Source: Jimgerdemannia flammicorona
Taxonomy: Eukaryota
DNA: 35,416 bases
NCBI GenBank assembly: GCA_003990765.1
Contig: RBNJ01000252.1
Span: forward strand, 1 to 35,416
Reading direction: 5' to 3'
The position numbers and the translations under genes are program-made. Positions 11,150-22,949 of this stretch are shown here, in pieces; within the stretch, counting starts at the first letter, position 1, and the number at the start of each line of letters is the position of its first letter. Below the pieces are notes generated by a model. The model had not been told where the DNA came from and did not search any database. It saw nothing but the letters and a program-made list of their open reading frames with translations.

Positions 11150-11975
11150 AACACCCTATACATACTGGAGATGCAAGACCAATCCGATAACAACCCTACT
11201 GAACACCACATCATCTGATTGAATTTGAACAACAACATATAGATGAAATGCTACAAAATGGAGTCATCAGACCATCATCAAGCCCCTGGGCCTCGCCAGC
11301 AATCATAGTACCAAAGAAAGGAGGATGGAGATTAGTCGTGGATTTCAGAAAACTCAACAAAGTCACCACAGAAGATGCCTACCCACTGCCAAGAATTGAT
11401 GACCTCATCAATGCCCTCGGAAAAGCCAAATATATAACCACTACCAACCAGTTCCAAGGATTCCAAGTAATATCCATTGCCAAAAAAGATATCTGCAAGA
11501 CAGCCTTCATCACCAGACGAGGACAGTATGAATACCTATGAATGCCCTTTGGACTCTGCAATGCACCCACCTCATTCCAACGAATGATGAACTATGTCTA
11601 CCGGGACCTCATTGGAAGAAATGTACTAGTGTACATAGATGATGTAATTATCTACTCTGAGACATTCAAGCAGCATTTACAAGACCTCTGTGAAGTATTT
11701 AATACCATTCAAAATTCAGGACTCAGACTCAATGCCAAGAAGTGCTTCTTCGGAAAACATCAAGTCGAATATCTGGGATATGTTGTCTCAGCTCAAGGAA
11801 CACATGCCGACCCCCACAAGGTGGAGAAAGTCAAGAACTACCCAACCCCGACCTCAGCAAAGGAGACCCTATCCTTCCTTATGCTAGATCCTATTATCGA
11901 CGATTTATCCCAAGGTTTTCAGATAAGGCAGCACCTCTCCAAGATATCTCCAAGAAGGACCAACCATTCTACTAG
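11150..11975 (+). pseudogene. pol: Gypsy A reverse transcriptase
   Basis: SPWASPAIIVPKK, RLVVDFRKLN, YPLPRIDD, MPFGLCNAP, YIDD (11632-11643), YLGYVV; one CGA>TGA stop and a frameshift near 11880. Confidence 0.97.
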
Positions 11976-12038
11976 AAAGAAGAACAACAAAAGTCATTTG
12001 ACCTACTCAAGAAGGCCCTTACCGAAGCCCCTATCCTG

Positions 12039-12425
12039 GTGCAACCAGACTTTGGCAAACCATTCATCCTGGCAACTGATGTCTCGGCCTTAGGACTTGG
12101 ATCAATTCTGTCTCAGCAAGATGACCAGAAGAGGGAGCATGTTATCGAATATGCTAGCAAGACCACAAATGAAACACAAGCAAACTATGGAGCCACTAAG
12201 TTGGAATGCCTAGCAGTAGTTTGGGCTGTGGACTACTTCTGACACTATCTCTTGGGAAAGAGATTCGCTCTCATCACTGACCATCAAGCTCTACAATGGT
12301 TGTTCAACAAGCCGAAGCCCTCAGGAATCTTTGCTAGATGGATTATGTCTCTGCAAGAATATCAGTTCACTATTGTCTATAAGAAAGGTGCTAAGAATTC
12401 CAATGTCAATACTCTGTCAAGAATC
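12039..12425 (+). pseudogene. Gypsy A RNase H
   Basis: FILATDVSALGLGSILSQ, LECLAVVWAV, LITDHQAL. Confidence 0.95.
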
Positions 12426-12689
12426 CCACGAAACCAACAAGAAGGGAAGGAGCCCCCACAAGAGAAGGCTACTTCCTGCTCATCCAAATGAACCAAGAAT
12501 TGTGCCTCACCCTCACCTGGAGTCTGCACCATAGAAGCTTCAAGAAAGGAATCCAACCAGCCCACAAGTTGTTTATCCAAAGGAATTTCAAGAAATTCCA
12601 AGAAGGTGATAGCAAACTTTGGAGAGTAGAGGGAGAGCAGTACACCTGAGTTCCAAGAGAAGAAGAAATATTGAAGATCCTGACAACAA

Positions 12690-14017
12690 ATTATGACCAA
12701 AATGCACACCGAGGAATTGGTGCCACAATTGCAAGAATCAAGAAGTGATACTGGTGGCCCAAGATGAGAAAACAAATTTCAACACACATTCAACAATGTG
12801 ATACCTGCCAAAGATACCGACAAAAGCCTACCGACAGAGCACCATTAATACTGATCGCAGCACCAGCTGGAGCCTTTCAAAGACTAGGAATAGACATTAT
12901 TGGACCCCTACCAGTATCCAGCTAAGGAAGATGCTACATCCTCACTATCGAAGACCACCTGACAAAATGGCCCAAAGCCTTTGCCATCGAGACTGCCAAT
13001 GCCCAGACAATTATTGGGATCCTGTATGATGAAATTTTCAGCCACCATGGTGTGCCCAAGGAAATCATTACAGACCAAGGCTGAGAATTCATCAACCAAG
13101 CCATGAAGACCTTTGCAAGTAACTTCAAGATCAAGCTATGACCAACAACAGCCTACCACCCACAGGCAAATGGACTCACTGATTGAATGAACCAGAGCAT
13201 CAAGCGAGGTCTCAGTAGAACCAGAGATCAACTAAACTGGGATATCTATCTACTGGCAATTCTATTCAGCATCCATACCTCTAAGGCAACTGCTACCCAA
13301 CAGACCCCCTTCTATTTAGCATATGGCCGAGAAGCACAAGATCCTACTGAACCAGTCCAGCTAGATCTGTCAAAGCGAGTCACAGAAGAGATCACCCGGT
13401 TACACGACATATGCCAGCAGGCACGAGGATTTATCGCCAAAGCACAAGAATGACAAAAGAGATACTATGACTGCAAAGCTGACCTTGAACCCCTGCTCAT
13501 TGGACAAAAGGTTCTGGTATACCATATCATCATAGAAGGAAATTGGAGTGCCAAGCTTGAACCAAAATGGGAAGGCCCCTATCTCATACACCAAGTATTC
13601 TCGAACCACACTTATCAACTCAAGACCTTGGATGGAGTTATACTCAAGACCAAGATACATTGCAACTGCATAAGACTCTACTACTCAAGAGAAGCAAAAC
13701 GCATTTGAACAATCCTGTTCACTCTGTCTGTGTCGTCTCTGCTGGAGATATGACGGATGTTTTACTTGGAACTCAAGAAAGCCAACAACGTTGGAACCAG
13801 ACTCAAGCCCATCCATATGACAGACATTGTTACTAAGAAATTGCCTCGGATTACAAGTAATACTATTTCTGATGGGTTTGAACCCCCAGCTGCAACTATA
13901 GGAGCCCTTGCCCTAGACAAGGATGGCCAGTCCTCACAAATGTGCCAGCATTCCACTCGTCCCTGGAGTCAAGACCACCCAACTCTGTATAACCCTCACC
14001 ACCGAGGACGGCTCTAA
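12690..14017 (+). pseudogene. Gypsy A integrase with a C-terminal extension
   Basis: CDTCQ zinc finger, GIDIIGPL, ITDQGxEF, YHPQANG, KWEGPY (GPY/F module); the frame continues past CGA>TGA stops to 14017. Confidence 0.92.
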
Positions 14018-14033
14018 TTTTGCAAGGGGCAGA
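14003..14033 (+). promoter_or_regulatory. Gypsy A polypurine tract region
   Basis: CGAGGACG...TTTTGC AAGGGGCAGA immediately precedes the TG of the 3' LTR. Confidence 0.85.
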
Positions 14034-16348
14034 TGTGACATACACAATTGACAATGGAGTACCAGTGACTGCTAAGATCAGATGACATAATGGCGTAACA
14101 ATCAAATAGACAGCCTTACCCATTAGGTGATCATCCCAAAAGAAGACAAGATGATCCGAGCCAAAATGAAGACCACATTATTTAAGGAACCATACTCCGC
14201 CTCAAGGATCGGCACCAAAGAACCAAGTACCCACCACACAATGCCTCCCATTCGCCGAACCAACCAGACCTCCCACCACTCTACCCCTTTGCCTGGCCCA
14301 AAGACCCTAATCTTTGAAGCTATCAAGAAGGCCATCTGGCACCCAGATACTTCCAAACACTTGAACTTCTACACCAAGGACCTTGGACACTTCATCAACT
14401 ACCGGTATATAATGACCCAACAGCTCAAAGACACTACCGAACGAATGACCCTCTGGCATGACTACGAAATTGGACACCACCTTTGCAATGAGACTCAAGG
14501 AGACGACTGGGAAGGCCTCATTACCGAATTGATAACCACTAGCCAGCTAATCAAGAGAGCTCTCCATGTCTACCAAATCTTCCGCCATATTCCCTAGGCT
14601 ATAGCATACTTGCAAGGAGTAACAGATGGTAGCCTCTCCTGCCTATCAACTGAAGATGCTGACTGGATAGAATCCGAAGTAGCCAATGCTATTGGCAGCA
14701 ACTGCATTGCCGTAGGAAGCCAACAAACTGAACCTACTCAACCAGGTTTTTACACCACCCCACTCCGAGATAACCATCAAGGTCAGCTAATGAGTCTTAT
14801 GGAGATATTTGAAGGACCACCCATTACCATAGAAGCACCCGTTGGAGCTACCCCAACCACCCACCACCCTGTCAGCCACAATTCACATCTCATCATTTGG
14901 GAACCAAATCAAGAAGAAGCCCAAGAGGTCCCTGTCTTTAAAGAGGAGCCCCAAGAAATCCAAGGCCCTGCCCCTGAAGAAACCCCCTCTGACACTGAAA
15001 CTGATGAATCTTCAGAAGAAGAAGAGGAGCAACAAAGAGTCTACCAGTCCTCTGTCCGCATTCAAGCTGTTCAAGGGTTGGAGAATGTTGTTGAAGATGA
15101 CTGGCCACTTTTCTACCCCCTCACCTCTTGGCCGGCGCTTCTCCCCTTTGAGGAGAGATATGATGAAGAAGAAATCACAACCCAGCAAGATTTGCCTACT
15201 ATGGATGAAGAGTACTATTTTCTCTAGAGTACCGCCCATCAGCCATGAGAACTTTATCAGCAAGTCCATTTCCAGCATTGCTACCCAGTACCACCATTTT
15301 CAGCATTTTGTCAGTCGGTCCAAATTCAGCGTTGCCACCCTCCACAACTGTTTCTGGCAACAATCATCATATCATGTCAGCTCATCCGAATTCAGCGTTG
15401 CTACCCAGCACAACCATTTCTAGCATTGCTATCCAGTGCCGCCATTTTTAGTGTTTTGTCAGTAAGTCCGAATCCAGCATTGCTATCCCCTACAACTCAA
15501 TCCGTAGTAAACAATAGCCTGTACCTCGCATCATGCAAACCAATAGCATAAGTTTGCCACAACGTAGTATACCTTAGCCTTAGTCGCGCCCCCTCTCCCA
15601 TAGCTAGCAAATTTGTATAAATAACCCATATTCTTAGAGTGAATAAACCTCAGTCAATTGGTTTTGAGAAATAACCACTGCCTCCAAGAGACCAGATAAA
15701 TTCTGAGAACAAGATAACAACCTAGAGCAACAGATCACTCGGAAGTTTGAGTTAAAGAATTTTCTCTTGCCACGGAAAGAAAATGTTACCCAACTGCCGC
15801 ATTCGAGACCGCTATTCGGACTGCTGCATTCGCTGCCATTCGAGATTCAAGACCCCGAAAAGCCAAGGAACTCAAGGATACCAGTACAAGACCCACCAGC
15901 TAGCAAGAACAACTGCCAAGGACCCCCGTAAACCCGCCCTCAAGTTAACAAGTTAGATGGACAAGCGAGCCATCAATCTCCATTTTCCTGACCTACTGTG
16001 CCATGAACCGCTTAAAGCCAAAACCGTCATCGCCGAGTTTGCCACCAAGTTAATCACTGCCAGGAAACTTAGCCAGCATAATCGCCGCCCTTTTCCACTA
16101 AACAATTGAGCCATTGATGTTCTGAGCCATTAAACAACCAAATAACCTCATCACCGACGTCCTGAGCCCACCATCATTGAATGATCTCCCACTATTATTA
16201 CCGTACGAATCGAATGACCTGTCACATGACCATCGACCTGTAGCCGCCGCGAATGACACCAATGCCTTCAGATATATATCACGCACTTCACCAAGTGGCA
16301 CACATTGAGCCGTGCAGTCAAAGTTCATTATACATAACCAACGCCACA
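14034..16348 (+). repeat. Gypsy A 3' LTR (2315 bp)
   Basis: Direct repeat of 3861-6174 with TG...CA ends. Confidence 0.97.
14151..15227 (+). pseudogene. LTR-encoded unknown protein, 3' LTR copy (328 aa from ATG 14241 or 358 aa from ATG 14151; one TGG>TAG stop)
   Basis: ORFs 14127-14597 and 14610-15227 are in frame. The separating TAG is TGG in the 5' LTR. The C-terminal third is acidic. Confidence 0.85.
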
Positions 16349-17200
16349 ATATATTATATATCTCTTATAAGTAACATATACTCAAACAATTCTCAAACAT
16401 TTCAATATAAGTAAATACAAATCCATTGATACTCTTATAGATACTTTTGTGAAGTTAAGGAAGCCAGATACTATATCTGAGGATAATAATAATATGTTTA
16501 CCAAAAATATTCCCTATTAATAAGTAGTCAGTTCTCTTATATATCTCATACTAGAAATAAGACCTAATATATTATATATTATAAATAAGGTAGTATAGTA
16601 TTTCTCTTGCTATAATAATTTATATTAGAGTATCATTAAGAGAATTTTCAGATATTTTAAGAGTATAGTATACTATATACTCACTTTAAGTAGATTGAGT
16701 AGAAGTAATAACAATAACAATACTATATAGCTATCTAGCATATATAATACTAATTGAGCAGATAATCTATATAACTGCCAATCTACAACTAGGCACTTTT
16801 TCTATATCAGTGACCAAGAGTCTATTATATCATAGCAAATATTTAAGCAATTATCCATAATAATATTATTAATATTAGTGGAATACTAAGTATTGTCAAG
16901 CATAATAAAGGAAGCTACATATTTAACTTTATGAGCTATTAAAAGAACTTAGATTCACTCAAAAATAATATACTATACTATGTCAGGATAATCAGTCTAT
17001 GATTATACTTATAAAGAATCTAGTATATTATAGTAGAATGAAATATATTAATATATAGTATCATTTTGTATAAGAATATATAGAAAATAGTACTATATAT
17101 TTAAAATATATCTCTATAGAGTATATGATTGTCAATTTACTTTTGAAAGTTCTTCTAAGGCTAAAGTTCAAGCAATATATTAAAGAAATAAGTTTTGTAA
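16349..17200 (+). pseudogene. Copia RT C-terminal part and RNase H, resuming after Gypsy A
   Basis: Reverted motifs: LSQxTY..ILKRFNM..CKPIDTPM, PYQxVVxSL.YL...RP, DWA.D...QSTTG, QDNQS, KHIDIxYHFVRE, MIAD.LxKxL. Confidence 0.9.
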
Positions 17201-17516
17201 GTGATTTATCAATATTTAGTTAATTTTAGAATACTTTTCAGACTATCAAAGGTCTCTTATATTATATATATTAATATCTCTCATCTAAGAGCAGATTACA
17301 TATATATATTATATTTATATAGATATTTCAGATATTATGAGTATTTTGGAATACTTTTTAATCTTTAAATATGGAATTTTATAAGAGGTTTTTTTTTTTT
17401 TTAAGTTATATGTAGTTCTAATTTTTACATATTTTGCATTGCTTTTTTATTCTAGTTTACATTTTTACTACTAAATTGTAGTCTTTTTTTATATTGTATA
17501 TCATATTGAATAAGAG

Positions 17517-17543
17517 TATTAAGATAGTAACTTATATATCAAT
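17517..17543 (+). repeat. Stub of the Copia 3' LTR, cut by Gypsy B
   Basis: Matches 92-119 and is preceded by a decayed PPT (ttgaataagag). Confidence 0.6.
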
Positions 17544-19091
17544 TATCATATAGTGGTCACTGAGTCTTTCAAATATATCAGATTCTCTTTAAGATATATC
17601 TCTTAGACTAACCATAAGTTTGTTATAAGCAAGTTCTTATTGGAGTGTCTTCCTAAGATCTTATAGTCCTCAAACTTCTTATTTTTAAACTGTCTTGTTA
17701 TCTCTTAGATTGCTTGTATGGAATTGAGAGTAAGTAAACTGAAACTAACTTTATTTCAAAGAAAATAAGAGAGGTATTTATACAAAATATAATATAATAA
17801 TTGCTAAGTTATAAAGCTAAATATAAATTCCAATAACCAAATAAAATACTGGAATACAGAAAACTATAGTTGTAAGTATAAGTTCAAGTATCTGTATAAA
17901 TGATTACATAAGTTCAGGATGTCAGTAGATTTTGATGATATAGAAAAAGGGTGTCAGAAGAATTTCTAAGTAACATAAGATCAGAATGTCAGAAGAATAA
18001 CAGTTATACAGAAAAAGGATACTGGTAGAATTCAGTGTTACCAAGAACTTAGAGCAGAATGTTCAGGATCATGGGGGCTTCATCTTCATCACTGCTAAAG
18101 GAAATGAGATCTACAAATATTTCATATATATCATATATTTTGCATACTTCATACATGTCATATAGAATGACATCATCACCAATGATATTATTATGTTTGG
18201 CAGCAGTGGGGGCTCTCCAATCTATGACATTCTCTTCTACAAAATAAGGAACAAATGTGGGGTCTTGGAGAGGTCTAATCTAGATACTGGGGCCTTAGAA
18301 TGCTGAGATCAATCCTTGCAGGAATTGATCAGGATTGTTCTCAAGGATGGAATTCCAGAACTCTCCTATCTCATCACTATTGAGAGTAATAGTGGACTGG
18401 GCTTCTGTGGCCACTATGGCCTTCAGTGCATTGATATAGTAGGCTGACAGTTTCTTGAAGTCTGAGATCCTAGTATACTCCAAGTTAGGGATTGACCATA
18501 GTATATGTCTAAAGACCTAATGAATCTTCTTAGCTATCCTTATTTCATATATATCTATGGAGATGATATCTTGTATTTCTTAGTGACTGGTCTGAGGGAA
18601 TTCCTGGCAGAGAAGATTTCCTATTTCATATTTCTGCTATATCTAGAGAAATTAGATAGCAATGGTGATCCTTGTTTCTATTTCATAGTAGTAGAGGATA
18701 TAATGATAGGAGTCACCAGTACCCAGGTTGAGGCTAGGAGTTCAGTCCTCATAGCTCTTATGATGTCTTGGAATATTCTTTTCTAGACTGAGGGGCCTTG
18801 GTGGTTTCTGGACCTTGAGGTTTGGTAAGTAGCAGATATTTGTTTATGATAAGTCTTTAGAACTATTTCTGTAAGCTTTGTTTGGGCTACTGCTACTGTG
18901 ATTTCTTGATCTTTCTTTTATATTCCTCAAGATATCTGTCTTGTGGTCACAATGACTCACAGTTAGTTATTATTACTCATATTATAGCCTGAGTGAGTCA
19001 TGCTATATGATCTTCTTGTGCTCTAATCTGGTAGCTTATAAGGAAAGGCTGTCTCCTGTGCTGATATCATCATTCTGAGGTCACCATTATA
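17544..19091 (-). repeat. Gypsy B 3' LTR (~1548 bp)
   Basis: The left end matches TGTCACATAG at 24780. The right end is inferred from the minus-strand PPT ttaggaagaaga|tataatg (decayed TGTAA) at 19092. TATA at 17782-17775 and AATAAA at 17755-17750 on the minus strand. Confidence 0.75.
18049..18839 (-). pseudogene. LTR-encoded unknown protein of Gypsy B, homologous to that of Gypsy A
   Basis: Manual minus-strand translation: KRIFQDIIRAM / PSLNLGTGD..YILYYYE / I*QKYEIGNLLCQE / RIAKKIH*VFRHILWSIPNLEY, then ORF 18295-18483. Stops are revertible and there is one frameshift near 18745. Confidence 0.82.
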
Positions 19092-19479
19092 TCTTCTTCC
19101 TAAATAAGAATCTTCTCTTGAATATCCTTATTCATTAGTCTAGTCTGAAAAATTTGCTGATCCCATAATCTCTGGCAGAGGATTGAAAAGTGGTATTTAT
19201 GGGCTAATATCTTCCTTATATATTTTGGTATATAGTAAAGGGTTACTCTCTTCATATAGAGTAAGGACCTGATTCTGATCTTGACCAATCAGTTGATAGT
19301 TCAAACTCCTCTGGCTTCAAAAGTCTCATGAATGAGTAGTTGCTGGTGCCATATCTCTTAGAGAATGGTCCAGACAGATTGTCTGCTGGTCATGAGATAT
19401 ACTGTTATGATTCACAGACTAGAATCTTGTGGGTGGTCATCACATTTTGCTTCTCTTGTATAGGTTCATGGTACTTCTT

Positions 19480-21900
19480 GAGTTTATTTCTATATACCAT
19501 AGTAGGCAGTATGGTCCCTGAGAGTTTTCTAAGCTAGAAGATAGTTTTCTTGATATCTTTTATATAGAAGAGTCCTTTCCATTTGGGCTCTAGTTTTTGT
19601 GACTATGAGACTTCTACTATATTTTGATATAGTAGGACCTTTTCTCCAATTTGGATGGGTTTTAGGGTCTTGTGATTCTTTTCTACATTCTTTCTTATTA
19701 GTGCTTGTAACTTGATGATTTAATCTTCAGCATTCTTTCTGATTTGATATAGTCTTCAGATTTCTGAGTCAATCTGTCTCTATATTAGGTTTAGATTTGT
19801 GGCTGAGGTTCCATCAGAATCTTCTTCTCTGAAGAGCAGTTCTCTTGGGGTAAAGTGTATACTCTGTGACCATATATCTCATAGGACAGAGAGGGCAGTT
19901 GCAAGGTAGTTATCCCAATTATCATATATGTCTGAGATCTTTACCAGGATGTTCTTGAGAGTCTTGTTGATTCTTTCTGTCTGTCCATTTCCTTAAGAGT
20001 GGTATTCAGTGGTCTTGATATACTGAATCTTGTATTTCTGCTATATTATCTTATGAAATCTATTGACAAATTCTGTGCCACAGTCTGTGGTGATTTGCTT
20101 TGATATCTTGTAGCAGCAGATGATTTCTCAGTGCAGGAAGTCAGCTATAGAGAGAGCATTGGCTTCTTGTAATGCTCCTACTTCTATCTATTTGGTAAAG
20201 AGGTCTACAATAACAATAATATAGTAGTTTCCTGATAGTATCATGGGTAGTAGTCTAATGATATCTATTGTGATGTAGTGGAAAGGGATAGGCTCAATTC
20301 TTGATGACCTGGATATCTAGTCTTGCTGATCTTATTTCTGTTTTTAGCACTTATCACACTCTTGATAAATTGATACAGATCTTCTTTCATCTTAGGCCAC
20401 TACATAGTTCTTCTTACTTTGTTATATATGTTAATTCCTCTTAGGTATCCTTATTCATGTACTTTCTTCATTATTTGATACTTCTTATATTTGGATATTA
20501 CAAGCTTTCCTCCTTTTCTGAGTATGGTGTTGTCTAGTTCAAATTGTTTCTAAGTCCAGTTAATGATGGTGATAGTCCAGAGTTTGAGATGGTTAGACAT
20601 CTTCTGCTGCCCAAGATAGCTGATTAATATATAGTATAGCTCCTTATTCATATTGAATAGTCTTTATGGAGATGTTTTGGAGTATTCTTGAGAGTACATC
20701 AGTATTGGCATTGATTCTTCCTAAGTAGTACTTAACAGTACAGTTATACTCTTACAGCCTATAGATCTATCTGGTATATATTCCTTTGGAGTTCAGAGTG
20801 TGGAATAGCCAAGTGAGAGTGAAATAGTCTGTTTGAATAGTAAAGTATTTTCTAGCTAAGTAGTAGTGGAACTTCTCTACTATCCAAACTACTGCTAAGT
20901 ATTCAAGCTTATATAACTTGTAGTTCTGTTCTGTTCTGTGGGTACCTCAGCTTACATAGGAGATGATATATTCATGTCTATCTTTCTTCTGAGCTAGAAC
21001 TGCTCCAAGTCTTATAGTACTTATATCTGTCTGCAGGATGAACTTTAGATTCCAATCTGGTTTTCTAAAGATAGATGCTTGGGTTAACCTAGTCTTGAGT
21101 TCATTGAAAGTTTCTTGATATTTCTTAGTCTATTTGAACTTAGTCTCCTTCTTCAGTAGCTCATAGATAGGTGCTGCAATATTGGAGTATCCTTTGATAA
21201 ATCTTCTATAGTAGGAGGCCAGTCCAAGGAAGGCATGGACTTTTATAGCTATTCTGGATCTTAGATAGACTACAACAGCCTCAATCTTTATAGGGTCTAT
21301 GTGAATTCCAGTCTGATTGATGATGTGTCCTAGATAGGTGATTTCCTGAGCTGCAAACTTGTATTTCTTAGGCTTGATGTAGAGGTCATACTTCTTGAGC
21401 TTCTTGAGAGCCAGCTGTATGTGGTTGATATATTTCTATATAGTATTGCTGAAGATGATCACATTATCAATATAGATAAAGAGCCATTTTTCAATCTCAT
21501 TGCTGAAGACTCTGTTCATTATTTGCTAAAAACTACTAGGGTATTGCACATTCCAAATAGCATTTGTAGATAGACATAGGTGGCATCAAGTGTAATAAAG
21601 GCTGATTTCTCACTGGTATCTTGAGTAAGACCAATCTGATGGAAGCCTGAGAACAGATCTAAGATGGTGTAGTATTTAGCTTTGCTTCCAAGAGTGGTAA
21701 GGATTTCTTGAATATTTAGCAAGAGCTGCCTATCCTTCTTAGTGATTGCATTGAGCTTCCTGTAATTAATGTAGAGTCTTGGAGCAAACTCTCCAGACTT
21801 ACTTTCTTTCTTTGGAGCAAGGATAATGAGTGAAGCCCAGGGGCTGATAGCTTGCTAAATAATTCCAACTTCTTTCATTTCCTTGAGTTCTGCTCACAGC
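19480..21900 (-). pseudogene. pol: Gypsy B pol: RT (~21200-21900), RNase H (~20690-21060), integrase (~19480-20470)
   Basis: SPWASL, ILDLFSGFHQI, YID(N) at 21474-21463, ILQTD, ITTDCGTEF, QTERINKTLK, EPKWKGLF. Confidence 0.92.
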
Positions 21901-22155
21901 TATTCTCTGTAGGTAGGTGGTATGGGTCTGAATTTCTGTAGATAGGCTTAGTATTGCTAGTGTTAACTTTATAGTAGTATTTGGGTTCTTGATTGTAGAT
22001 GTCTCTGAAGTCTATAGCAAGTACTCCTTCATTCTGATGCAGGATCTTGAGAAGTTGTTCTTCCAGAGAAAAGTTTTCTCCAATGGTATATATGTGCTTG
22101 TTCTGGTCCTTGTCTTTCTTGTGCTCAAGTTTGGTAATCTTGATAGCAGTATAGA

Positions 22156-22540
22156 CTCCTCTTTCAGTAGATCCAAAGCCTTGTTCTCCTCTCTTAGTCT
22201 TGATAAGTTTGATGGCTTCAGTGATCTTAGACTTCTTGACTTTATGGATCAGCATCTGGCCAATCCTGTCATACTTCTTGACTTTGAATGGAGTAGTGGG
22301 ATTGTGATTCCTGACTATGAAAAAGATCTTACCAGTGTAATCAGGATCAATTACTCCTCCTTTAACTGAGATTTAACTTTTGGCCAGACTGCTCCTGGTC
22401 TTACTAATTCTGGTATAGTTCTTTGATAACTTGACTTCAATTCCAGTACCAAGTAGAGTGGTGGTCTGTGGTTTGAGGATAGCATCTTAAATACTGGCAA
22501 GGTCCAATTCTATGGCTCCTTTAGTCTTGTATTCTGGAAT
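22156..22540 (-). pseudogene. dut: Gypsy B dUTPase
   Basis: LDLA, TRSSLAK, GGVIDPDYTG, IGQM, RGEQGFGST. Confidence 0.92.
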
Positions 22541-22949
22541 CTTAGCTTCAGGGTAGAACTTCTTGACCTTAAGAGTAATATCTGGTTTCTGTTCCTCCTC
22601 ATCATCACTGTCAGCTTGAAGCTCTGGGGGCTGGTCATCTTCTTTGGCTTTTCTTTTTGCTTTAGCAGCTTCTTACTCATGCTTTTGTTGGTAGATTTTC
22701 CTGACTTTACTGATATAGGACCAGCAGTCATTTAGGTGTTCAAAGCAGTATATCCTGGTACTATAGGGGCATCTTCTTTAAGGAACATAGTCATCAATGA
22801 TCTTGTTATGCCACTGCTCATCTGTGAGCTTGGGTGTCTTATTCTTATATACTAAGTATATGAAGACTTCTGTGTCTTCTTCATCTCCTTCCTCCATATC
22901 TGGTAGTACTCCTTTGTGGACATTGATAGAGACACATACCTTTCTTCCT

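Larger units (their letters stand above)
3861..16348 (+). mobile_element. Full-length Ty3/Gypsy LTR retrotransposon A (12.5 kb) with dUTPase and an LTR-encoded ORF; inactivated by point mutations
   Basis: Two 2.3-kb direct repeats with TG...CA ends, PBS, PPT, flanking ATAT(AT) duplication, and domain order gag-PR-dUTPase-RT-RH-IN. Confidence 0.97.
92..17543 (+). mobile_element. Degenerate Ty1/Copia LTR retrotransposon, interrupted by Gypsy A (3861-16348) and by Gypsy B in its 3' LTR
   Basis: Domain order is protease-integrase-RT-RNase H after C>T/G>A reversion. LTR starts at 92 and 17517 match each other, and there is a Copia-type PBS at 220. Confidence 0.9.

Noticed and set aside
14151..15227. 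LTR ORF as an envelope (env) gene
   Set aside because: No signal peptide, transmembrane segment or furin site is visible, and it lies inside the LTR rather than before the PPT.
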